A stretch of DNA of 63,979 nt, counting the filler, from Malassezia furfur (lineage: Eukaryota), in NCBI GenBank assembly GCA_052055015.1. It is 6 parts of 6 records of this genome, joined end to end, with 100 filler letters (N's around TTAATTAATTAA, not from the genome) between each part and the next. Parts side by side here need not be neighbours in the genome. Positions count along the whole stretch, not along the records: positions 1 to 11,048 come from JBQJIT010000373.1; 5 more parts are not named here. One strand, given 5' to 3'. This document shows, piece by piece, positions 1 through 11,148 of this stretch. Numbering within the stretch: the first letter of the stretch is position 1; every line of letters starts with the position of its first letter. A model generated the notes under the pieces. That model was not told the origin of the DNA, did not search any database, and was given only the letters and a program-made list of their open reading frames with translations. Made by a program: the position numbers and the translations under genes.

Positions 1-1
1 G

Positions 2-1777
2 GTGCAGCTGCATGCCCGCAATCCGCTGCGCACGCCGCTCGACGTGTCGGACCTTGTGCTCACATGGGAAGACGAGCACGGCACGCCGCTCGACGCGACG
101 CACGTCTCGCTCGAAGCGCCGCCGCTGCGCCTCGACGCAGAGGCGCAGCAGGTGTACTCCGTGCCGGTGCGCCTCGGTGCGTGCGGAACCTTCCGCCTCC
201 ACTCGGTGACATGCGTGCTGGCGGGCCGCCTGCCGGTGCGCCAGACCATGCACAAGCGCGGCGCACGTCTGCACGCGACCAAGGCGCAGCGCATCACGCC
301 GACGTACGCACCCGATACCAGTCTCCAGGTGCGCATCCGAGCGGCGTGTCCGTGCATCGACGTCGCAGTGCACGACGCGCCGGACGTTGCGTACGTCGGT
401 ATGGCGCTCCAGCTGCGCGTGACGCTGCACAATCGCGGCACGGCGGCTGCCCGCCTTGCGCGCGCCGTGTGCACCCCGTCATACTGCACGCTGGGGGCCG
501 CCGACGTGCCCGCCGTTGACGACGCGCTCGTGGTCGACGCCGACGCCCACCCCGCGCCCACACGCGCCCTGGACCAGACGCTCGAGCCGGGCGAGCGCAC
601 TGAGCTGGTGTGGACACTCCCCCTCGTGACGCCGGGGCCCCTCTGTGTGCAGTGGCTCGTTGTGTACCACGACGAGCACAACGACGCTTACTCTTCGTAC
701 GCACAGCACACGCTCGCTGCGCTTCCGCTGCTCGACGGCGCCGTCTCGTACAAACCGGCGCCAGGGCCGAGCTACTTGGCACTGCTTACGCTCGCAAACC
801 CAAGCGACAAGACGGTCGCGATCGACGGCGTGTCGATGCTCAGCATGCAGTGGCGCGGCACAGCGCAACATGGCCCCGCGACGCTCGCGCCAGGCGAGCA
901 GGCGACCGTCGCCGTGCGCGTTACGCGCGCTGCGACGCCGGCCGACCAGACGCTGCCGGTGGCGCTTGCGGCACTTGCTCCGCTCTTTGGTCAGCAGCGT
1001 ACGCGCCCGCACCTCGCGCCGCTGCACCTCGTCGCAAGCACACTGCAGGGCAGCGGCGCACGCTGGCCGCACGACAGCTACGTCGCGGCGCATGCGGCGC
1101 TGCGTGCGCAGTGGGTGGACGAAACGTACGCCTTCCTCCCGCAGGCCGTGCGCCGCGATGCGTTCCTGTTCACCGAAAGCAACGAGGTCGACTTCCTCGT
1201 CGCCTGGTCGCTACCCCACGGCGGCGGCCAGGGATGCACACTGCTGTACGGCTCGCACATAGGGCTGCGCACCGACGCGCCGAGCGACCTCGCGGCGCTC
1301 GACGACCTCGTACGGCAGCCGGGTGCGCAGCGCGCCATGTACGAGGCGACGGCGCGCGAGCAGGCATCCAGGGCGCACCAGCTGCTCGCCTCGCCGCTCG
1401 CACGCGTCCCGGAGCCGGTCGGCGTCGAGGTCGAGGTCGACGCGGCGCCGCACGACGCGCACGACGTGGCGCAGCTGCACGCACAGCCCGTGCCGCTGTG
1501 CGTGAGGAACGAGTCGGTGTGGCCGCTAGCGTACACGCTGCGCCTGTTGCCGGCGCGCGCGCGCGCCGCCGCGACGCAGTCGGTCGCACCGTGGATCGGG
1601 CGCACGGTGCTGCGCGGCGCCCTGGCCCCGTGGAGCGTGACCGAGATCCAGAGCGCTGTGGCGGCCTCGGCGCCGGGCGCATACCAGCTTGGGGACTGGG
1701 CGTGTGAGGCGACGCTCGACGAGGCGCGCCTCGCTTTTACCGTCGAGGGCTGGGTCCCTAGGGCGCTCGTAGTCTAG
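2..1777 (+). CDS. TRS85: TRAPP III subunit Trs85/TRAPPC8, C-terminal part (5'-truncated by window edge)
   Basis: Open 591-aa frame. The segment NPLRTPLDVSDLVL...RGARLHATKAQRITPTYAPD resembles the Ig-like C-terminal region of fungal Trs85. Confidence 0.7.
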   Translation: MQLHARNPLRTPLDVSDLVLTWEDEHGTPLDATHVSLEAPPLRLDAEAQQVYSVPVRLGACGTFRLHSVTCVLAGRLPVRQTMHKRGARLHATKAQRITPTYAPDTSLQVRIRAACPCIDVAVHDAPDVAYVGMALQLRVTLHNRGTAAARLARAVCTPSYCTLGAADVPAVDDALVVDADAHPAPTRALDQTLEPGERTELVWTLPLVTPGPLCVQWLVVYHDEHNDAYSSYAQHTLAALPLLDGAVSYKPAPGPSYLALLTLANPSDKTVAIDGVSMLSMQWRGTAQHGPATLAPGEQATVAVRVTRAATPADQTLPVALAALAPLFGQQRTRPHLAPLHLVASTLQGSGARWPHDSYVAAHAALRAQWVDETYAFLPQAVRRDAFLFTESNEVDFLVAWSLPHGGGQGCTLLYGSHIGLRTDAPSDLAALDDLVRQPGAQRAMYEATAREQASRAHQLLASPLARVPEPVGVEVEVDAAPHDAHDVAQLHAQPVPLCVRNESVWPLAYTLRLLPARARAAATQSVAPWIGRTVLRGALAPWSVTEIQSAVAASAPGAYQLGDWACEATLDEARLAFTVEGWVPRALVV

Positions 1778-2894
1778 GCATCACGTCGTCTCGCGTGAAC
1801 GGCACGTCCCACAGCGACACGCGCCCGTCCTTGGCGCCGGCCACAAGCAGGTGCCGCGGCACGGGGTGCGCCAGCTCCTCGTCGCTGTCCGCCTCGGGCA
1901 CGGCGAGCATGTGCACGCGGCCCTGCCGGATGTACGCCACGGCACTCACGCCTTCCTTGTGGTACACGAGCGTGGCCAGCAGCTGTGCGTCGCGTGAAAA
2001 CACTCGCACCGCACCGTCCCAGCCACCGACGGCCAGCACCCGCGCATCGTCGCGCATCGCGACGCTCGCATTACCGGGGCGCGGCAATGTCCACACCTCG
2101 GGCTGCGTGGACTCGGCCAATACACACTGTGCTAGGCGCGCATCTGCGCCGACCGACACGACGCGGTCGTGCGCGGGCGTGAGGGTTAGCGCCATGACCG
2201 ACTCTGTATGCGGCTGGTGCGACCAGCTCAGCTCAGCGTGCAGGCCCGTAGACGTCTCAGAGAGTACCCATGCCTGCACACTTCCATCCTCGTAGCCCGC
2301 CACGAGACGAAGCACTCCGTCCTCAAATGCGAGGCGCAGGCCCATTACGATCGGCGGGCGCTCCAACCCACGACCCAGTACGCCCTGGCGGCCTACGGCC
2401 TCGGCGACGCGCTTGCGTTCCGGCAACGCATACACGTCGATCCACGCCGACTCAAGAGTATTTGGGACTGCAAGCCAGCCACTGAGCTCGTCGGCGTCGC
2501 GAAGCGCCATGTCGCACGCACAGTAGTTGAGCGCATTCACGTCGAGACGGAGCAGCCGTTCGGGTGGATCAAGCTCACCACCCCATGCAGGCACCGTATC
2601 CGTCATCTTCCACACCTGCACCTGGTTATCCCGTCCATGCCTGTGTCAGCAAAGCGCACCGACGTACGTGACCAAGTAGCCGCCCCATGCGTCTGCGCGA
2701 AGCAGTGCATCTTCGTGTGCCTTCCAAAATACTCGCGGGCGGTAGTCCGACATGCTCGTTACCGAAACCCGCCCGGATGCATCGCCACATACTAGGTACG
2801 CCCCCTGGTTCACGAGTGCGACCGAATGGATCGCGGCAGGTACATGGTGTCGGACCACCCAGCTCGGTGCGGGGCTAGCTGCATGGTGCACCAT
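1758..2894 (-). CDS. ASA1: ASTRA-associated WD40 protein Asa1 (GNB1L family); intron 2641..2667 (27 nt)
   Basis: Splicing GTACGT...GCTGACACAG joins ...YLVT to HGRDNQVQVW. Motifs AGYEDG, AVGGWDG, LVYH and GAKDGRVSLW are typical of Asa1. Confidence 0.8.
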
Positions 2895-2919
2895 GATGTG
2901 GAGGTCAGCGCGAAATTTC

Positions 2920-3967
2920 ATGGCGTTTGCGTTTGGGTTCGAGGAGAGCGAAGAGGACGTCGTGCCCACCACGCAGTCCGAGGCTGCGCCGCTGCAGCCT
3001 GCGCGGTGCATCCCGGAGAGCGAACTTGTAAGCACAAAGACCCTCACACAGCGCGCTTTGCTCCCTGAGAAGCTGTCCTTCTCCCCGCTTTCGACCGCGC
3101 ACGGTCAGGAGCATGCACAACTCGCGCGGCGTGACCTATTCGACGTGCGCTTCCAGCTGCTCAATGAGGACAAGGATGTGGTCGATGCATCGACGGACCT
3201 CATTCCGGGTGTATACGAAGGTGCGTCGGCGTGCCTCTCACACAGGTGGGCTCAAGACCTGGGAGTGTGCACTGGACCTCATCACCGAGCTCGCCGAGCG
3301 CATCGCAGACTATCGTAAGCAGGACGCTTCGTGGCCTTCGGGGCGACACATTGCCGAAATCGGATGCGGAACGGCCGTGCCGACGTGCTACCTTCTGCAA
3401 ACCTTGTTGACTACCGAGTCGTCGGGCCCTACGGTAGTGGACTTGTGCGATTACAACGAACAGGTCCTGTCGCTGGTGGTGTATCCCAACCTGCTCCTCG
3501 CATGGTACTTCTCCGCCGGGCCTGGTGCCAACCGGCCCGTCGAGGCCGGCGAGCTCGAATTGGACGATGCGCTGCTTGCGCAGTTCGACGATGCGCTGCG
3601 TGCCAAACAAATTCAATTGCGATTCTTTTCGGGAGGGTGGGACACGCTCTCGATTACCGACGACCAAGTGCCGCGGGTCGACGTGCTCCTCACGAGCGAA
3701 ACAGTCTATGCAGTTCCGCGTCTCCCATCCTTATGCGACGTCTTGCAGCAGGCTTCGTGGCCGACGCTGCTCGACACGCCCAACGCTGGTCTCGCGCCGC
3801 GTACGACGCTTTGTCTCGTTGCCGCCAAAGTGCTCTACTTTGGCGTTGGGGGCGGGACGCAGGCGTTCCACATCCAGCTGGCCAGGCACCGCGGATGGAG
3901 CATCCCCTGCCGCCAGATCACCACAGGCGTTGGTCGTGTCGTGCTGCGAGTCGGGTTCGAGCCGTAA
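2920..3967 (+). CDS. HPM1: Histidine protein methyltransferase Hpm1/METTL18; intron 3221..3245 (25 nt)
   Basis: Starts MAFAFGF. Splicing restores DLIPGVYEGGLKTWECALDL. Also has EIGCGT, DYNEQVL, LTSETVY and AAKVLYFGVGGG. Confidence 0.9.
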
Positions 3968-3980
3968 ACCAGAGCCTGCT

Positions 3981-4613
3981 CTAGACGTCGGATATGCTCC
4001 CTACATCGCTCATCTCGTCGTCCTCGTCGTCCTCTTCCGCATCGTTTGCATCTGTCGCAGACGCGTTTTTGCTCGCGTAGTTCGTGACATATTCGCGCAC
4101 CCTGCGATTGTATGCATCTGGGTCGCGCATCAGTAGCGCGGCTGCCTCTCCATTTAGCGGATCGGTAGGATTGGGGTATCGCAACAGCTGGGGTAGGAAG
4201 GTCTCAAAGATATTGATGCAGTCAAACATGGGTGACCACGTCTGATTGATCACATCCAGGCACACCGACCCGGATCCTTCGTCGATGTTGGGGTGGAAGA
4301 TTTTGTTCACGAAGCCGATCGACGGCGATTTGTATGGGAATTGATCCGGCAGCTCGACATGGACTCGCCACACTCCGTTCTCATAGGGTGCTAGGTGAGT
4401 GCGGGGAGACGTACTTTCGGCGGGTCCATGGAATTGCACGTAGAAGTTTTGCATATTATCATCCACGAGCGAGATTTCATAGTCGGACATGAGGCTGGGT
4501 AAGAGTCACAGATACACACAGTTTCATGACGTCCGTCTCGATGCGGCGCTTGGGCGAAGTGTAGAGGGAGGTTAGTCGCTGCTCCTGTGAGTAGGCAATG
4601 AGATACGTATCAT
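3981..4613 (-). CDS. UBC8: Ubiquitin-conjugating enzyme Ubc8/UBE2H; introns 4561..4610 (50 nt, AT-AC), 4495..4519 (25 nt), 4391..4414 (24 nt)
   Basis: Spliced N-terminus [21 protein letters not shown]. Contains [32 protein letters not shown] and an acidic tail. Confidence 0.92.
4561..4610 (-). other. Putative U2-type AT-AC intron immediately after the UBC8 start codon
   Basis: Minus strand reads ATG|ATACGTATCT...GACTAAC CTCCCTCTAC|ACT TCG CCC AAG. Of the splices I tested, only this one puts an ATG in frame with the conserved [13 protein letters not shown]. Confidence 0.8.
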
Positions 4614-4977
4614 GGCAGGTTGTGCAACGAGATGGGAGCCTGTATGCTAGGTGGGGACGTTTCACGGCACGAGCAACACAGCCCAACCCGGGGAAACGGT
4701 GGCGAGCAATTGCACGACCCTACGCTTGGGCCCAGTGCGCTCCACCCCGCTTGCGTAATTGGCTTTATCAGCCTGTCATCTTAACGGGGAAGTATGTCCT
4801 CCACCACCGCGGCGGTCGCCGCGTTCGGTAAGCCATCACGCCGACGTCCACCGAGGCGCCTGGCCCTGGCGTATACTGGTAGGGTACTCTCCCGTAATAT
4901 CTAGTGGATCATAGCACTGCAGACTTGTTTCTGCCCCCCCGAACGACATCGTGTTGGGCACGGCCGGTCGCTTAGTA

Positions 4978-5513
4978 ATGGAGGTGGACTCTGTGGGATC
5001 GGCACAGCTTCGAACGACGATGGAGGCCAAAGAAATCCTGGCCAACATTGCGTTTACCACGTCGGGTGCGCTCGTGGACTGTGTCGACAGTATGTGTGGG
5101 CCTCTCTGACATGCAGAAAAAGTGTTGGTGATCCTCCGCGATGGGCGCAAACTGATTGGCATTCTTCGGGCCTACGATCAATTTGGTATGTGCTCTGGCC
5201 TAACGCAGCCAACTTGCTTCTTCACGAAACGATTGAGCGCGTATACCTCGGGAATCGGTACGGCGACATCTTTAAGGGTCTCTACATTATTCGCGGTGAG
5301 AACGTCGTCCTGTTGGGTGAAGTCGACCTGGAAAAAGAAGATGAGGTGCCGGCTTCGGTGGCCTCGGCAATCCCCTCGAGCGCGGTGCCCAAGCTGCTCG
5401 AAGCGTGTGCCGCCGAGAATGAGGCAAAGGAGAAGTGGGACAAGCAGCGTGCTGCAATTCTCCGGCGGGAATGCGGTTTCTCCGGTGAGGGTGCCGAAGG
5501 GGATAGTTACTAG
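4978..5513 (+). CDS. LSM1: Sm-like protein Lsm1; introns 5090..5116 (27 nt), 5186..5208 (23 nt)
   Basis: Spliced [46 protein letters not shown]...IRGENVVLLGEVD. Confidence 0.92.
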
Positions 5514-5532
5514 TGTAGTATGAGAAACGCAT

Positions 5533-6761
5533 CTATGATTTCTTCTCGCCCTCGTTGCGCTTCTCGCCCTCGTCGCGCTTCTCGCCCTCATCGCGCTTCT
5601 CACCCTCGTTGCGTTTCTCTTGCTCCACGAGCTCCTGAACGACGGTGCTAGTCTGCTCAGCGACGCTCTTTTCCTCCTCTTTGCGGATTTCGGCGGCAAG
5701 CTCGGCCTCCGACTGGCCAAGCTCCTTGATGCGTGTTGGCAGCAGCACCAACTCCACGTCGGGGATCGCCGTCTCGACCTGCGTCAGCTCGAGCCAGGCG
5801 CGCAGAGACGCAATCATCTCCTCCACAGAAATGTTGGCAGCGCGACTAAGGGTTAGTGATTCACGTACAGGCCACGCTCCGTGCATGCGTCGGCGAGGAA
5901 CTCGATCGCATCCTCGCCTGGGTCGTTGAGTAGCTTGGACGTCGCGAGACGCATGTCATCCGTACGCAAATGCGCAAGATGGCGTCCCAGACGGCGTGCG
6001 CGTAGCGCCGAACCCCCCCACGTCGAGAGGTTGTATGTCACGACAAGTTTCTGCAGCGCTTCCTTGGGAAGCGGCGCAAGAGTAGCACCGGCGGCTTGCT
6101 CCTCGTACGGCGGCTGCATGGAAGGCACGTTCTGTACCATGTCGCGAAGAGCATTGACACACTCCTCGCGCTTCAGCTCAAACCGTTTCCGGATCTTGAG
6201 GCGCTGCGACGGCAGAATGCACGTCGACGGAAGAAGGAAAGGGGTATAGATTACCATCAAGGGAAGCAATTCTTCGATGGTTATCAGGATCAGCAAAAAG
6301 AGCGGCAGCTTCAACATGTCCGAAGAGTGGGTGCGACTGAGTCAGTTACAATATACGTACAGCAGTGTAGCCTCCTCGTAGGTAAGGTCTCTCCCCGTCT
6401 CAGCCACGTTGACTTTGATTTGCTTGACCAGGTCCCTGTTCCGCCAGATCTGCTTGACACCGTTCAGGTAGAAGCGGAAGAGATACTTGACCGTCGACCA
6501 CATGTTGCTCGCACGCTCACGCAAGCTGAGCTTCTTCTTTGTCTCTGTGACCGGTTTGTTTTGCGACGACGGATCGACGTCCAGGCGCGGCACCGTCGTG
6601 TGGATCCATTGTTGCGGTGCCCACGAGCGAACAGGCGCTGCGCGCATCCCCTGCATGCCACAGAGCGCCGGACGCACTGCGATCGGCATCCCCTTGGCAT
6701 GTAGCAGCAAGGAATGCCGTATCCGCAGAGAGAGTCCCTGCGCACACATCCGGGAGCCCAT
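5533..6761 (-). CDS. Mitochondrial LETM1-like (ribosome-binding-domain) protein; introns 6337..6360 (24 nt), 5846..5868 (23 nt); start approximate
   Basis: Basic presequence-like N-terminus. Motifs FYLNGVKQIW, DMLKLPLF, EELLPL...LPSTCILPSQ, HLRTDD and ACTERGL match LETM1-domain proteins. Confidence 0.7.
5542..5620 (-). repeat. 18-bp tandem repeat (about 4 copies) encoding EKR[N/D]EG at the C-terminus of the LETM1-like protein
   Basis: Repeated cttctcgccctcgtcgcg-like units; protein EKRNEGEKRDEGEKRDEGEKRNEGEKKS. Confidence 0.85.
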
Positions 6762-6854
6762 GATGTGCACCGTAGCTCTTCGCAACGAAGCCGAGTTGTG
6801 TGCACGTGACCTATGTGCGAAGGCTGTGGACAGCGCCTACGGCCTACGAGTGCC

Positions 6855-9623
6855 TCAGTCAGTGTCGTTCGAGTCCTTGTTGCGGATTGGGACCACACGC
6901 TGGTCCTCGTCCTGCTCGCCAAAGAACACAGCAGCACCTTCGATCTGTCCCCGGGCGGTCTCGGTGTCCTCACGCTTCTGCGAGTGCGTCGAGAGCTTGG
7001 CGATGGCCTCGTCAAAGTCCATGTAGGACGTCAGCGGGCGGCTCGGCAGCGGGGTGAGCGCATGGCGTGCGTCAAGGTTGATAAATAGCACCTCGGAGCT
7101 GTGCGCACCCTCGGACACGGAAATGACGAGAGAGCGCTCCGGCTTGCCCGCCTGGGCCGACGTCATGCGGAGGTCACCGTTACTCTTGTCCTTCTCCTGC
7201 AAGGGCGACTCGCGCTCGTACACCTCGAACGTAATGCTCGAGAAGTAGTCAAGCGGCGGCAGCTGCGGCATAATCACATTCAGGTCGGACGAGAGGATGA
7301 GGTTCAGCAAGGTGTGCACGTGCGACTCCTTGGTGAAGTAAAGAGCACACAGTCCCTTCACGTCAGAGCTCTGCTTTAGGTTGCTGATGATGCTCTTGAG
7401 CAGCGGCTGTGAGGTGAGCAGACCAATCTGCTCCTTTTCATCGCGCGAAATACCATATTCGCGGGGGCATACATAGCCAAACAAAGCGAGGTTCATCCGG
7501 TACAGCTTGTGCAGCCGACCAAGACGCGGCTCTTCGTCCGGGTCAGAAAAGATGGTCTCGATGAAGGTGCGGTTGTGCAGTCCATCGTGCGAGAGCATGT
7601 CGGACAATTCGCTTGCCTGGCGTTAGTAGGTTACGTACGCGCGACGGCTCGTTAGGCTGCTCCTCAAAGTCCTGGATGAGTCTGTGTGAATAGTGTGCGT
7701 TGGGTCGACGTACTTCTCCCAGCGCTCGCGGAACAGAGCGGGCGTCTCGTGCGTGCACCATCGGTGCTGAATGCTGTCCACGTCGAGCTCGGCGTAGTTC
7801 TTGCGCATGGTCGCCTGCAGACTCAGAAGCAGCTTCTGGATTTCGGTGCCCATGTACGCGGGCGGGGGCAGATCCTCAGGCCACCCGTCAGGACGTTGGT
7901 CGGCAGTCGGCGAGTCGGGGCAGAGACTCGCCTTGAGCTCCTTTTTGACCGTGTCCATGAGGTCCTTGGCGGCATTGGAGTCGTCCAGCAAGTCTTTGCG
8001 CACGACCATTTCGCGCGGCTTGACCTCCTCGCCGTCACCAGGTGCATCGCCGTTGAGGAAGGCCGCAGCAAAGATTTCGGCGCTGGCAGAGACGCGGCGC
8101 TCTGAGGAAGTGTAGACAGTACAGTTGTTGAGTGCCTCCTTGTTCATGATGAGCATGTCGCGGCGCATGTTGGTGCCGTAGTCGCGCGCTTGGTGACGTG
8201 CGGCGTGGGAGAACTCGCCACCCCACTTGACGATGAGCTGCGTCTTTTCGAGCTCACCGGACTCCTTGCTGAAGCTGGGCTTGATCTGGATCTTGGTGCC
8301 CGGCATGTCCTTCTTGCGCCGGATGACGTCGATGAGGAAGTGCAGGTCGTCGACATTGGCGCCTGGCAGCTTAGCAGACGCCTCGAGTGCGTCAGAGACA
8401 AGCTCCAGCTGCTGACGTAGGATAATTTCCTCACGGCACCCGTGCAACAGGTTGACGATAGGCGCCGCCGCCGGGTCCTTGGCCTTGAACGAGCGCTTGA
8501 GCTTCTGCTTGGGGGTGCGATCGCCGTGGCGGAAGACGGTGACGTTCGCCTTGAGCACCCACGACGACGTTTCCTCGTGCATGCGGATGACCTGGCTCGC
8601 ACGACGCACGGGCCGAGCGATGGTGTTGGTGGTGCAGAACTGCGCGAGGATTTCGGCGCACTTGTCGTAGTATGCGTCGTTGCCCTTGACAAAACTCCAT
8701 CCGTTGACGTCGATCACGTAGCTCTTGTCCTTGACACGAAGCAAGTCAAAGCCACAGATAAACTGCTTGAACGCCAGGCTGATACTGCGCGCCATCTTGC
8801 GTTCGGACAGGGAGAGTTCGGTGATGTATCGAATTTCCTTGCCGTCCGGGTTGCGCTTCACGAGACCGTCGACGACGGGCGACTTGCGCGTCTCGGCGTG
8901 CGCAAACTCAGGACCAATGGTGTACACTTTGATGTCCTCTGCATTGTCGACGTCCATGAACTGCTCGTAGATGTACGACCCATCGGTGCGCGGCTCGACG
9001 AGGTCTGGGTCGAACTCGGACGATTTGTTGCCGACCTTGCGGAAGAGACGGCGTCCACCCCCGCCGCGGTCACGCGGGAAGTAGATGTGGATGTTGTGGT
9101 CCTCGCCGCTGACGGGTTTCTCGACAAACGGCTTGCGGATCTGCTGGCCATTGACGACGAGTGTGTCGTAGTCGAGCAGCCCAAACTCGACCGGCGTATT
9201 GCGCTCGCTCAGATTCACGCCGAGACGCAGCTCAATATCAGCAATGAGGCGCGGGTCGAGCGACGGCCCCGTGTCGCGGTCGACGTAAATGCTCGGCGGC
9301 GTGGGGACGTGAGTCGCGTGCAGGATGCGGAGCACGGCGCGGCGGTCCCAGAGCACGGTCTGCATGCTCAAGTCGTTCACGCACACGGGCTTGCGCAGCT
9401 CAACATACTGAATCGCCTTATCGAGAGGGAAGCCGGTGCTGAAGAAGGAGATGAGCACATCGACGATTGGCCAACGGTCGACGTCCTCATCGAGAATCAT
9501 CTTATCGCCGAAGTTGACGACCTCAAAGTGGCCCGTCGACAGGATGCGGTTCAGAATGTTCTGCATGGGCTTGGACCGCGCCTTGCGGTCCATCGCCGCG
9601 ACGCCGAGGCGGATCGGTTCCAT
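6855..9623 (-). CDS. VIP1: Diphosphoinositol-pentakisphosphate kinase/pyrophosphatase Vip1/Asp1 (PPIP5K); introns 7682..7713 (32 nt), 7617..7638 (22 nt)
   Basis: AMDRKARSKPM, FVEKPVSGEDHN, RRLFRKVGNKSS and IDVNGWSFVK in the kinase domain. RHGDRTPKQK, KWGGE and YFTKESH in the phosphatase-like domain. Confidence 0.95.
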
Positions 9624-9832
9624 GGCGCCGGGGTGAAGGCACGCAAGCGTGTGCGCTCGCCGGGGGTCCACGTGCTCGCAGCGCAGCGCAGCGCGTGGGT
9701 GGAGGCCGCAGGCCCGTGCGCTCTCGGCCGTGCGGGCGCGGCGCGACGCGGTGGCGGCGGCCGCGCGCCAGCTTCGCTGCGCGTCCAGCACGTAGGCGTC
9801 GCGTGCGTGTCTGGTGACCTGTTTTTGCGTGC

Positions 9833-11048
9833 ATGTCACGGTCCGGCGTTGCAAGCACGTCGGCCGCAGTGGCCACGGAGCATGGGGCACCACGTCGCGC
9901 CGCGGCGGTCCGTGCCGACGGAGCACCGCGCGGCGGTGCGCTCGACGACCTCGCGCCGGAGACGATCGCGCGCATCTTTGCGTTCCTGGACCCCCGCACG
10001 CTAGCGACATGTGCACATGTGTGCCGTACATGGCACACACTCGTGCAGCTCGATACGACGTGGCGGAGTGCATTTGCCGTCGCGTTTGGGCTCGACGAGC
10101 GCGAGGCGCACATGGCTGCGCATGTGCGTAGCGACGATGCGGCGGCTGCGGCGCTGCGCGTGGCGCCCGCTCTGCGCCGGCTCGATGCATTGTCGTGGCG
10201 CGCCGAGTACACGGCGCGCGCCGCGCTGCTCCGCCGCTGGCGCAAATCGCGGACGCCGACGATTCTGTCGGACCCCCGCATCGCGACGCTCGATGCGCTC
10301 GCGTTGTCGCAATCGCACACGTTTGTGCTCTCTTTGTCGCACGGTTTTAGCGTCGCGTCACGCTCCAACGCCTTCACGGGCAAGGTCGCGAAAGACTTTC
10401 TCGACGCCAATGGGTTTGCGTCGCTGGCGCCCAACGGCCAGCCGAACGTCGAATTCTCCCCGGCGACGACCGCGCTTGCGACCGATGCACATGCAAGCCG
10501 CATTGTGTGGGGCCAGCGCTCTGGCGACGTGAGCCTCACGACGATCGACTGGCGCGGACAGAGCGCACGCGGCACGGTGCGCAACCGTGCGCTGGTGCGC
10601 GGCGCTGGGCATACGGCGCCGATCACGGCGATTGCGTTCCCCTTCCCCGCGGACCAGGGCGGCGCGCACGGCGTGCAGCGCTCTGCAGAGCAACACCGAC
10701 AGCAGCTGTCGCTCGCGGGTGACGCTGCACCGACGTTTGCGACCGCGGCGGCCGACGGCTCTGTGGCGATCTGGCACCCCAAGTACGAACTGCCGCTGTG
10801 GCGTGGCACAGCGGCGCGCGACGCGCCCGAGCACGGCGTGCCTGTGCCCGACGATGGGCCGATCGAGCAACTCGTGTATAGTCCTGTGCACGGCATCGTG
10901 CTCGCCGCGCGGCGCTCCGGTGCGCTGTACGTCTGGGCGCATGTCGAGGCCAAGGCGCTTGCCGCACACCATGCGGCGCACGCGGCGCGGCACGAGCGCA
11001 TGTCGGACGCCGCACACGCACATGCTGCGGCACTCGAGCGTGCGGCCG
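9833..11048 (+). CDS. F-box protein with probable WD-like region (3'-truncated at contig end)
   Basis: F-box LDDLAPETIARIFAFLDPRTLATCAHVCRTW. WD-like GHTAPITAIAF...ATAAADGSVAIW. Confidence 0.7.
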
Positions 11049-11148
11049 NNNNNNNNNNNNNNNNNNNNNNNNNNNNNNNNNNNNNNNNNNNNTTAATTAA
11101 TTAANNNNNNNNNNNNNNNNNNNNNNNNNNNNNNNNNNNNNNNNNNNN
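11049..11148. other. Artificial contig linker N44-TTAATTAATTAA-N44
   Basis: Six-frame stop linker flanked by Ns. Confidence 0.99.

Noticed and set aside
4579..4606. Canonical GT-AG alternative inside the UBC8 first intron (GTATCT...CAG/GAG/CAG; 22, 25 or 28 nt)
   Set aside because: The donor lacks G at +5, and all three acceptors leave the ATG out of frame with SPKRRIETD. At most an unproductive side product.
4561..4610. U12-type (minor spliceosome) interpretation of the AT-AC intron
   Set aside because: The donor ATACGTAT does not match RTATCCTT, and the branch site is U2-like GACTAAC rather than TCCTTAAC.
4614..4977. Possible ncRNA or upstream exon between UBC8 and LSM1 (ATG...GTAAGC near 4793-4833)
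   Set aside because: No recognisable snRNA, snoRNA or tRNA motifs; the splice I tried runs into a stop before LSM1.
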